Shown one piece after another: positions 10,994 through 18,691 of a stretch of DNA of 33,995 nucleotides. The position numbers and the translations under genes are program-made. Position 1 is the first letter of the stretch; every line of letters starts with the position of its first letter. Location of the stretch: sequence record DRR723986_9796. One strand, 5' to 3'. The notes beneath the pieces were generated by a model that was not told the origin of the DNA, made no database searches, and saw nothing but the letters and a program-made list of their open reading frames with translations.

Positions 10994-11104
10994 TGTTCGA
11001 TTCTCTGCTTCGCGTTTCTTCGTTAAATCTTCTTACAGATGGCGCTTCGGCCCGATCTGCTACTCGGAAGGCTCGGTTGATGGGATACCTTGGCTTGGCG
11101 GTGT

Positions 11105-11353
11105 TCAGATGCCGAATTCGTCCCGCCAGCTCTCTTGATACTCTCGACTAAAGTGCAACTGAATCTGCTTTGCTTTGTCCGCCGATTCGTCGCAGAGGAT
11201 ATCGCACGCACTTTTGAGAAGTTGAAGTTTCCTGGTATCGACTTCGCCCGCAGGAGCCTGAGAGAGCCGATCGTAGAACGCCCCCACTTCGAGGATCTTG
11301 GCTCGGATCTCCAGAAACTCTTGCTCTAGCACTTCGCTCGATGAACGTGGCAT
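11105..11353 (-). CDS. Small helical hypothetical protein (82 aa)
   Basis: AGGAG ribosome-binding site 5 nt before ATG 11353 (MPRSSSEVLEQEFLEIRAKILEVGAFYDRL...). Amphipathic helical pattern; same strand and just upstream of the TatD-like gene. Confidence 0.75.
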   Translation of the reverse strand: MPRSSSEVLEQEFLEIRAKILEVGAFYDRLSQAPAGEVDTRKLQLLKSACDILCDESADKAKQIQLHFSREYQESWRDEFGI

Positions 11354-11538
11354 GATCACTCCTGAAACGTATAATCCGAAAACAGCCTGGCCTGGAAACA
11401 GTCGATGAATCCCAGCCGAGCATGCACTACGGCGAATCACAGCGGCCAACAGCAACCGTGAGCACGAGTGAACCGCCCGGCATTGCCGCGTGCTTAACTT
11501 GCTGATTACATCGACTAGCGGTCCCGCTGCGGGTCAGA

Positions 11539-11546
11539 ATTATACT
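11539..11546. promoter_or_regulatory. Candidate overlapping bidirectional -10 elements
   Basis: ATTATACT reads TATACT on + (11541-11546) and TATAAT on - (11539-11544). It lies in the divergent gap between the 82-aa gene and aroK. No convincing -35 on either side. Confidence 0.35.
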
Positions 11547-11672
11547 GTAGAGCCCAGCGAATTGTGAGCCTGGCGTATGCAAAGCACGGCAAGTCGGAGT
11601 TCATTCTCTTGGTTCTCGTCACGAGAGCGTCGTTGTCGCGTCCGAATATTCCTTTGATCCACTTTAGTCATC

Positions 11673-12200
11673 ATGCATCTTTATATCGTCGGCTATCGCG
11701 GCAGTGGCAAGTCGACCGTTGGAAGCTTACTTGCTACGCAACTCCAGTGGCCGTTGATCGATACGGACCGAGTGATTGAAAAGGAAGCTGGTATCTCGAT
11801 TGCTGATATTTTTCAGCGGGGCGGTGAGGCTGAATTCCGAGACCTGGAGGAAAGAGTGGTTAGCCAGGTTGCCACTGGTCCGCGGAGCGTCATTTCGCTT
11901 GGCGGCGGAGCAGTACTGCGTCCAGGCAATCGCGTAACGATCCAACGAACCGGAAAATGCTTGTGGCTGACTGGCAGCACTGAGACTCATTACGCGCGAA
12001 TCACGGCCGATGAATCTAGCAACTTGAACCGCCCGAGTCTGACCGATCGTAGCGGTTACGACGAAGTCCGGGAGGTCATGCAAGCAAGAGAACCGCTATA
12101 TCGCGAACTCGCCCAGCTTCAGCTCAACACAGACGATCAATCACCCGATGACCTTCTCAAAGCGGCTTTACCTTGGGTAGAGTCGTGGGCCCCGTCGTGA
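11673..12200 (+). CDS. aroK: Shikimate kinase
   Basis: Walker A GYRGSGKST, DTD, IF...GEAEFRDLE, VISLGGG, RP lid segment and R-PLY. Confidence 0.93.
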   Translation: MHLYIVGYRGSGKSTVGSLLATQLQWPLIDTDRVIEKEAGISIADIFQRGGEAEFRDLEERVVSQVATGPRSVISLGGGAVLRPGNRVTIQRTGKCLWLTGSTETHYARITADESSNLNRPSLTDRSGYDEVREVMQAREPLYRELAQLQLNTDDQSPDDLLKAALPWVESWAPS

Positions 12201-12340
12201 TGACGACTTGAATCCGTCGAGGTCAGGTTTTGCACCAATCGCGAAACCAATTCTCGCTCACCGGACTGAGCGGCGAAGTGTGATTGCATGGACGCGGAGT
12301 TTAGCACTTTAGGCAACTCCTGCATCTCCAAGGATCACTG

Positions 12341-13684
12341 GTGGTCGCATCAGCCGTCAACCTGTTCAGCAACTTTGCACCGCTGGCAATTGTTTTCCCG
12401 TTCGCGGGTGCCATTGCGGAGTTCTTCGATGCTGCAATCTCGCTACCTATTGCCGCTCGAGTTGCCATTGTATTTGTGATCGCAGTGCTGGTGTCGCGGC
12501 TGATCAACCGTGCCATCTACCGCTGGGCCTACCAGAAATCCGACTTCGGGCCCTGGGCGGCTCCGCCAAAAGGTCAACCTGCTCACTCGATGCTTGACCG
12601 ATTACCGGGCCTTGGCTGGTGGCGCCTACGAAGAGAAACGAAAGCGCTGAAGAACAACATCTTTTGGATCCGACCTCTGATTCTAGAAGTTGTTTTCCCT
12701 GTAGCGCTCGCATGGTACTACCATTTCTATGTTAGTGGCGGCGCTTTGAGCACACGGGCGGCCGCGCTGGCGATTCAGCCCGAGTTGCACTGCCAGTTCA
12801 TCGCACACTTCGTCCTATTGTCGCTGATGACTATCGCGACATTCATTGACTTCGACGAATACACGATTCCCGACTTGGTGACGGTTCCGGGAACGATTAT
12901 TGGCCTGCTTGGTGCACTGTTGATGGCCGCTTGGCTTCCTTACAACGCACGTTTCACACCAATGGGCATGGTGTTTGCGCACGAGGAATTGCAGGCTGTC
13001 ATGCCGGTGCTGCCTGCCTGGATGTCAGGCCCATGGGGGTTGGCCATCGCCCTGATAATCATCGCAGTTTGGGGCTTCGCTCTACTGGACCGTCGGTGGA
13101 TTACCCGACGCGGATATGCCAAAGCTGTTCAATACTTCTTCGCCAGAGTCATAGCAAGCCGCAACATCTGGATTCCAGTCCTGGTTGTATGTTCGTTGCT
13201 AATGGCTGTGACGGTCTTCGCATGGCAGTCCGGTGCAACGCGATGGTCAATGCTGATGAGCAGCCTACTTGGATTAGCTTTCGCTGGCGGCATCACCTGG
13301 GCGGTTCGCTTGGCCGCCAGTTGGGCACTCCGGGTCGAAGCATTGGGTTTTGGTGACGTGACTCTGATGGCAATGATCGGCAGCTACCTGGGCTGGCAGG
13401 CTAGTTTGATTGTCTTCTTTCTTGCACCGATGGTTGCATTCGTTATCGTACTCGTGCGAGCACTTCTAACGGGCCAAACAGCAACGCCTTACGGACCCTA
13501 TTTATGTGCCGCCGCAGCGCTCGTTCTTGTGTACTGGAACCCAATCTGGAACGGTTGGGCCTCCCCGCTATTTGGCCTCGGAAATGTGATCCTGGTAGTC
13601 GTGGTCGCTTGCATTGCCATGCTTGGGGCAATCCTGTGGATCTGGCGATTGATCAAGGAAGCCCTGGGCATCAAGACCTTTTGA
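12341..13684 (+). CDS. Prepilin peptidase, A24 family (extended form)
   Basis: Multi-TM protein with both catalytic Asp motifs (FIDFDEYTIPD and LGFGDVTLMAMIGSYLGW) and C-terminal PYGPYL. Start codon uncertain (GTG 12341). Confidence 0.85.
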   Translation: MVASAVNLFSNFAPLAIVFPFAGAIAEFFDAAISLPIAARVAIVFVIAVLVSRLINRAIYRWAYQKSDFGPWAAPPKGQPAHSMLDRLPGLGWWRLRRETKALKNNIFWIRPLILEVVFPVALAWYYHFYVSGGALSTRAAALAIQPELHCQFIAHFVLLSLMTIATFIDFDEYTIPDLVTVPGTIIGLLGALLMAAWLPYNARFTPMGMVFAHEELQAVMPVLPAWMSGPWGLAIALIIIAVWGFALLDRRWITRRGYAKAVQYFFARVIASRNIWIPVLVVCSLLMAVTVFAWQSGATRWSMLMSSLLGLAFAGGITWAVRLAASWALRVEALGFGDVTLMAMIGSYLGWQASLIVFFLAPMVAFVIVLVRALLTGQTATPYGPYLCAAAALVLVYWNPIWNGWASPLFGLGNVILVVVVACIAMLGAILWIWRLIKEALGIKTF

Positions 13685-13697
13685 TCAGGGGCGTGGA

Positions 13698-14228
13698 ATG
13701 TTGAATCGTTCATCCACAACTGAACTTGCGGGCATTGGGCTACGGCCAGTTACCGACCTGAGGGCGGATGCCGAAATTCTGCGCAAGAGAAGGGCAGGGC
13801 GGATCGTCACCGAAGGAGCTTCCCTCCGGTACATCTCGGGACGCTGGTGGCCGCATATCGGAAACTTGATGCAGGTCTATCTTGATAACTCCTCACGAGG
13901 TGGCGTGCCGGATCGTTGCGAGCTTTTCTATCACGCCCCTTTATCGGCACCCGGCTTCTTAACGCTCAGCTATGTTCGTTCCAGCAAGGGGACGTCGCTA
14001 AGCACATTCTATGCGGCCACACTCGTGCTCGACGAAATCGCTCGCCTAAAAGGCTCCGCGGCAATAGTCTGCAACGTAACGAACCACCGCCTCAGTGATC
14101 GACTCTTGGCGCGATGGGGATGGGAATCCCACTGCCAAAACCTGAACGGTCGCCACTTCATCAAACGTTTCTACGGCGAATACCCCGCGATTCCCAAACC
14201 TTGGGCGTCGAGGGTGTCTCTAGCTTAA
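13698..14228 (+). CDS. Hypothetical protein, possibly with a degenerate GNAT-like fold
   Basis: ATG 13 bp after the A24 stop, same strand. The segment LDEIARLKGSAAIVCNVTN...LLARWGWE loosely resembles GNAT motif A/B spacing. Confidence 0.7.
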   Translation: MLNRSSTTELAGIGLRPVTDLRADAEILRKRRAGRIVTEGASLRYISGRWWPHIGNLMQVYLDNSSRGGVPDRCELFYHAPLSAPGFLTLSYVRSSKGTSLSTFYAATLVLDEIARLKGSAAIVCNVTNHRLSDRLLARWGWESHCQNLNGRHFIKRFYGEYPAIPKPWASRVSLA

Positions 14229-14378
14229 ATTCAAGCAAGCTGGAATTGCTCCAGGAACAGAGCAGCAGGCGCGACTCCTTGCGCACCATCTCCCCACATG
14301 GCCTGTCGTAGTTCTTCAGCTATCATGAATAGAGCGAAATCGAAGAGCCTAAGCACAGAATAAGAACGGACTGGTCAG

Positions 14379-16721
14379 ATGAGATTCTTAGCAACGGCGA
14401 TTGCATTGGTGGCTGTCCTGTCGAGTGGCCTGAGTCGAACTGCTGCAGCTCAACAAACCGATGCGCAACGTGTTGAAGCCGCACTCCAGCAAGCTGTCCG
14501 ATACCTACTGGTTGACCAGAACCGAACCGATGGGCGTTGGACGGAGATGCAGCAGTTCCCACTGGGTGTCACCGGACTTTGCACATTGGCGCTGCTGTAT
14601 GCGGGGGAAGACCCCGATTCACCGCCGATGCGATTGGCGCTTCAACGACTGGAAAGTCGGCCAGCCAATTCAACCTATGCTCGCTCCCTGCAGGTGATGG
14701 TTTTCTGTTACGTCAATCCGAACCGATATGCGGCGGCCATCGAAGACCACGCCCGATGGCTTGCCGATACCCAATTGGCCAATGGCGGCTGGACATACGG
14801 TAAACCGAGAATACAGTCCTACAGCCCGACTGGTGATGGATCGAATAGCCAGTTCGCTCTTCTAGCGCTTCACGAAGCTCAACGAACGGGCCTGGGATTC
14901 TTCACACCGGAGCAGTGGCAAGTAATTTTTGGTAAGGCACGCCGCTACTGGGAAGAAATGCAGAACGATGATGGCAGCTTCCCCTACGACCGAAAGGGCT
15001 CGCCCGGTCGCGGCAGTATGACGGCTGCCGGTATCGCTTCCCTGGCCATCGTGGGTGCACAGCTAGGCGATCTCCAGTCCTCGGCCGACCCAAGAATTCA
15101 ATGCTGTGGCGCACCTGCAGATGGAAGAGATCGAATCGCAGAAGCGACCGCGTGGCTCGCACGGACGTTTTCTGCGTCAAGGAATCCTGGGTTTGGTAAA
15201 GACCAGCTCTACTACCTCTACGCCCTGGAACGAGCCGGTCGTTTGACCGGGCAACGCTACATCGGTGACTATGATTGGTACCGAGAAGGAGCCTCAGCGA
15301 TCCTTCGCTTACAACAAGCCGGAGGTGTGATCCGCTCAAACTCAGGTTCTACCGGTGGTAATTCCTATTCCGAAACCGCGTTTGCGATTCTCTTTCTGGC
15401 TAAGGGAAAACGACGGATCGTGGTCAGTCGACTTGAGCATGGCAGAACCGGCGATTGGAACCGCCACCCCGCTGCGATGCAGAACATCACGGCTCACACT
15501 GAGCAGGCCTGGAAGCAAGACCTGGCTTGGCAGAACATTAACTTGAGCAAAGCGAAGCTTGAAGACCTGCTGGAAACACCCGTGCTATTCTTAAGCGGCA
15601 CAAGAACGCCTCGGCTGTCACAGAAACAGAAACAACTCCTAAAGGAATACGTAGAACAGGGTGGTTTCATCTTCGCAGAAGGTTGCGTTGGCGACGGCTG
15701 CGACGGCAAACAATTTGAAGCGTTCATCCAGTCGCTTGCACTTGAGTTGTTCGAAAAACCACTTTCGCGGCTACCACCGGAGCATCCAATCTGGCTTGCC
15801 GAAGCACGCGTCGCGCCGAACGACCTACCAGAGGGCAGTTGGCTCTACGGAGTTGAATCGTGCTGCCGGCTGGGTTTGGTTTATTGCCCCAGTAGCCTTT
15901 CTTGCCGCTGGGAACTCAATCCCGCGTACGGGAGCAAACGGACCTCCGACCCAGCCATCCAGGGCGAACTGGATAATTCTACCAAAATCGGCCTCAACGT
16001 TCTGGCGTACGCGACAGGCAAAGAACTGAAAGACAAGCTGGATCTGGTCACAGTCCTGGAAGACAAAGGCCCGCAAACGAATTCCGGACGCAACACACTG
16101 CTGCTCCCCGTGCTTCGACACAACGCCGGCGCCGATGATGTCCCGACCGCGACAACCAAGCTACTCCAGTGGTTTGGTAAGACTGTAGACGTACCACTTA
16201 GCAGTGAAAAACGGTTGGCCGGTATTACGTCCAGCCAATTGCAGGAATATCCGATTGTGTACATGCACGGTCGTGGAGAACTGCGATTTAGTGATGCACA
16301 ACGTACTGCACTCAAGAATTACCTGGAGGCAGATGGATTTCTATTCGCCAGCGCGATTTGCGCTGACGAAGATTTTACCAACTCATTCCGCCAGGAGATG
16401 GAGACCATTCTTGGAAGCCCGTTGGAGAAGCTACCCGGCGACTCCGACATGCTAACGGAAGCGTTCGGCGGTTTCGATATCCGCAAGGTGAAGATGGTTG
16501 ACCCGCAGCGTGTTGGCGACTCACTCCTATCCTCCAACCGTCAGATCTCACCGTTGCTGGAGATTGGGCGTTCCAAGCGGCGCATCAACGTTGTATTCTC
16601 ACCGATAGATATCAGTTGCTCGCTCGAGAGCAGACATTCACTACAATGCCGCGGCTACGTTCGCGACGACGCCGCGAGAATTGGAATGAACGTGATCCTT
16701 TTTGCCTTTCAACAACCGTGA
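14379..16721 (+). CDS. Secreted protein with prenyltransferase/squalene-cyclase-like repeats and tandem DUF4159-like domains
   Basis: Signal peptide (MRFLATAIALVAVLSSG...AAA). QxxDGxW-type repeats (QNRTDGRW, QLANGGW, QNDDGSFPY), SNSQFALLAL, YYLYALER, DWY, ETAFAILFL. Two similar C-terminal modules (PVLFLSG...LKEYVEQGGFIFAE...IGLNVLAYA and PIVYMHG...LKNYLEADGFLFA...IGMNVILFA). Confidence 0.85.
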   Translation: MRFLATAIALVAVLSSGLSRTAAAQQTDAQRVEAALQQAVRYLLVDQNRTDGRWTEMQQFPLGVTGLCTLALLYAGEDPDSPPMRLALQRLESRPANSTYARSLQVMVFCYVNPNRYAAAIEDHARWLADTQLANGGWTYGKPRIQSYSPTGDGSNSQFALLALHEAQRTGLGFFTPEQWQVIFGKARRYWEEMQNDDGSFPYDRKGSPGRGSMTAAGIASLAIVGAQLGDLQSSADPRIQCCGAPADGRDRIAEATAWLARTFSASRNPGFGKDQLYYLYALERAGRLTGQRYIGDYDWYREGASAILRLQQAGGVIRSNSGSTGGNSYSETAFAILFLAKGKRRIVVSRLEHGRTGDWNRHPAAMQNITAHTEQAWKQDLAWQNINLSKAKLEDLLETPVLFLSGTRTPRLSQKQKQLLKEYVEQGGFIFAEGCVGDGCDGKQFEAFIQSLALELFEKPLSRLPPEHPIWLAEARVAPNDLPEGSWLYGVESCCRLGLVYCPSSLSCRWELNPAYGSKRTSDPAIQGELDNSTKIGLNVLAYATGKELKDKLDLVTVLEDKGPQTNSGRNTLLLPVLRHNAGADDVPTATTKLLQWFGKTVDVPLSSEKRLAGITSSQLQEYPIVYMHGRGELRFSDAQRTALKNYLEADGFLFASAICADEDFTNSFRQEMETILGSPLEKLPGDSDMLTEAFGGFDIRKVKMVDPQRVGDSLLSSNRQISPLLEIGRSKRRINVVFSPIDISCSLESRHSLQCRGYVRDDAARIGMNVILFAFQQP

Positions 16722-17119
16722 CGCACCTCGAACCGAACATGCCCCGCCATTTGAAAGACTTAGTCGTCGATCTTGCCCGCCTGCCGAGTTTGCAGGCTCA
16801 GGTTGTTGCGGTTTTGGAGTCCCTCCCAGAGGATGTTCGCGCGGATTTTCTAGAAGACGAAACGTTCTACGTTTCGCTTGAACGCGTTTGTACGCAACGG
16901 AAAACGCACACTTTCATGAGCCTACCCAAAGGCGGTACTGCCAGCCGCTGTGTTATCCTGCGAGAAAAACTAACGCGTGCGTCTGAGCCGTTTGCGCAGT
17001 ACGTTATCGCTCACGAGTTGGCTCACGCGTTTCTTCGCAACGGCCCCTGGCGGCAGTACACCGACAGGGAACAAGCCGCCGACGCACTCGCGGAGCACTG
17101 GGGCTACCCAAAGAGCTAG
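16718..17119 (+). CDS. Small HExxH zinc-metallopeptidase-like protein
   Basis: GTG 16718 overlaps the upstream TGA (GTGA coupling); alternative ATG at 16739. Contains VIAHELAHAFL followed by E-QAADALA-WGY. Confidence 0.75.
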   Translation: MTHLEPNMPRHLKDLVVDLARLPSLQAQVVAVLESLPEDVRADFLEDETFYVSLERVCTQRKTHTFMSLPKGGTASRCVILREKLTRASEPFAQYVIAHELAHAFLRNGPWRQYTDREQAADALAEHWGYPKS

Positions 17120-17141
17120 CTGCGCGTGCAAGCCGCCTACA

Positions 17142-18635
17142 CTAATCCTGAACGAGATAGTTCAGCGTGTAGTAAGCCTTGTCGTGTAGAAGTGGCAGGC
17201 CGGCTGCGCTGCGAACGCCCGACGACGTCAGCTCGTGAACGTGCCCCTCTTGCAGCCCCTCAACCACAAGGCTGACCGTCCGCCGATCGTCGCTCACAGA
17301 TGCGCTCGAAATTGCCGGCTGAGTGTGGTCAACCTCAGGACTACCGTAGGAGCTCTGGTAGATGTAAGTGTACGTTTCCATCTCGTAGGAGCCTGGATCC
17401 CCAGCGGTCTTGGGGTCTACCGGCAGCGTAAACTTCAAATCGAAGCCAGTCGCCGTGGCTCGCATCTCGTGGACCTCAAAGGGAACCTGGCCAGTCCAGT
17501 TAACGCGTTCTAGAGCGAATGGCTTTGGACCACGACATCCCCAGCCGCGGTTTGTACCGCCAACGAACATTGCCCCTTCGGGAGTGATCTCGGTGGCGAC
17601 GTTGCCGGACGCAAATCCCTCCAAGAACGGAAAACACGCCCCTTGGTAATGCCCTTGGACCTTCTCCAAGAAGACTCGCATAACAGTACTATCGGACTGA
17701 TCGCTTACAAATAACTGCTCCTTAAATGGACCAAATCGGCCACCGGTGGTATCACAGGTCACGCCGCTGGCTGACTTGCCCATCTTGTTGTATGGAAACA
17801 TGATGACCGGCAATTCGAACTCAGGGATCTTCTTCGCTTGATCGAGGGCCCTTGTCTTGCTTTCCGGTTCACGCGGCTGCTTGCCCAACACCGGCTCCGC
17901 ATCCTTGTACCACTTGAACCCTCCTGGGTGACCTGCAAACTTACCTGGAATCAAGTGCTTCAGGTGACAAGTCCCATTCCACGGCCCTTGGTTGTCTGTG
18001 TAAAAGATATCGCCAGCAGCATTGGTTCCGATTCCACCCGGAGAACGGATCCCACTAACAGTCGGTACCGTGCTACCGTCTGGTTTCACGCGAACACACC
18101 ACCCCCGATACAAGGTGTTGCTATCAAAGGAACCAGTCAAACACAGGACAACCCAAATGTCTCCATTGGCATCAAACTTCGAACCAAACGCGTACTCGTG
18201 GTAGTCGCCGGAGATACCCCAACCGTCGGCGACCACCTCAAACTCGTCGGCAACACCGTCTTCATCGGTGTCTTTGAGCCGACTAACATCAGGTCGTTGA
18301 GTTGCGTACAGCCACCCGTCCTTCTGTGTCAGACTTAGCGGTTCGTGCAAACCGTGGGCGAACCTCTTGAAGCTTGTTGCGGGTACGTGATCGGCAAGCG
18401 GATTGTCAATCATCCAAATTTCGCCTCGACGGGAGGCAGCGGCCAAGCGGCCATCTGGCATCATTTGTACCGCACTACATTCAAGCACTACGCCCTCGGG
18501 AATCTCCAGGGTTGTGATTTTGTAGTAGTCGCTCTCTTTTGGCTCGGCGGCCATCAAGGATGGAGCCGTAGAGACAAAGGAAGACACGGCAAAGGCCAAG
18601 GCGAATGCGATTGAAAGAACCTGTGACTTTGACAT
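17142..18635 (-). CDS. Secreted beta-propeller protein (glucose/sorbosone dehydrogenase-like fold, PVC type)
   Basis: Signal peptide from ATG 18635 ([20 protein letters not shown]...). Motifs [44 protein letters not shown] and YQGA.FPF, with a beta-rich C-terminal domain. No CxxCH. Confidence 0.8.
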   Translation of the reverse strand: MSKSQVLSIAFALAFAVSSFVSTAPSLMAAEPKESDYYKITTLEIPEGVVLECSAVQMMPDGRLAAASRRGEIWMIDNPLADHVPATSFKRFAHGLHEPLSLTQKDGWLYATQRPDVSRLKDTDEDGVADEFEVVADGWGISGDYHEYAFGSKFDANGDIWVVLCLTGSFDSNTLYRGWCVRVKPDGSTVPTVSGIRSPGGIGTNAAGDIFYTDNQGPWNGTCHLKHLIPGKFAGHPGGFKWYKDAEPVLGKQPREPESKTRALDQAKKIPEFELPVIMFPYNKMGKSASGVTCDTTGGRFGPFKEQLFVSDQSDSTVMRVFLEKVQGHYQGACFPFLEGFASGNVATEITPEGAMFVGGTNRGWGCRGPKPFALERVNWTGQVPFEVHEMRATATGFDLKFTLPVDPKTAGDPGSYEMETYTYIYQSSYGSPEVDHTQPAISSASVSDDRRTVSLVVEGLQEGHVHELTSSGVRSAAGLPLLHDKAYYTLNYLVQD

Positions 18636-18691
18636 GGTGCATTTACTTCGTGAAAGGGCGTGACCTGGACCTGCAAATTGGGAATATCCGT

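Noticed and set aside
14379..15410. Squalene-hopene cyclase call for the QxxDGxW-repeat domain
   Set aside because: No DxDD motif, only one barrel-sized region, and the protein carries a signal peptide.
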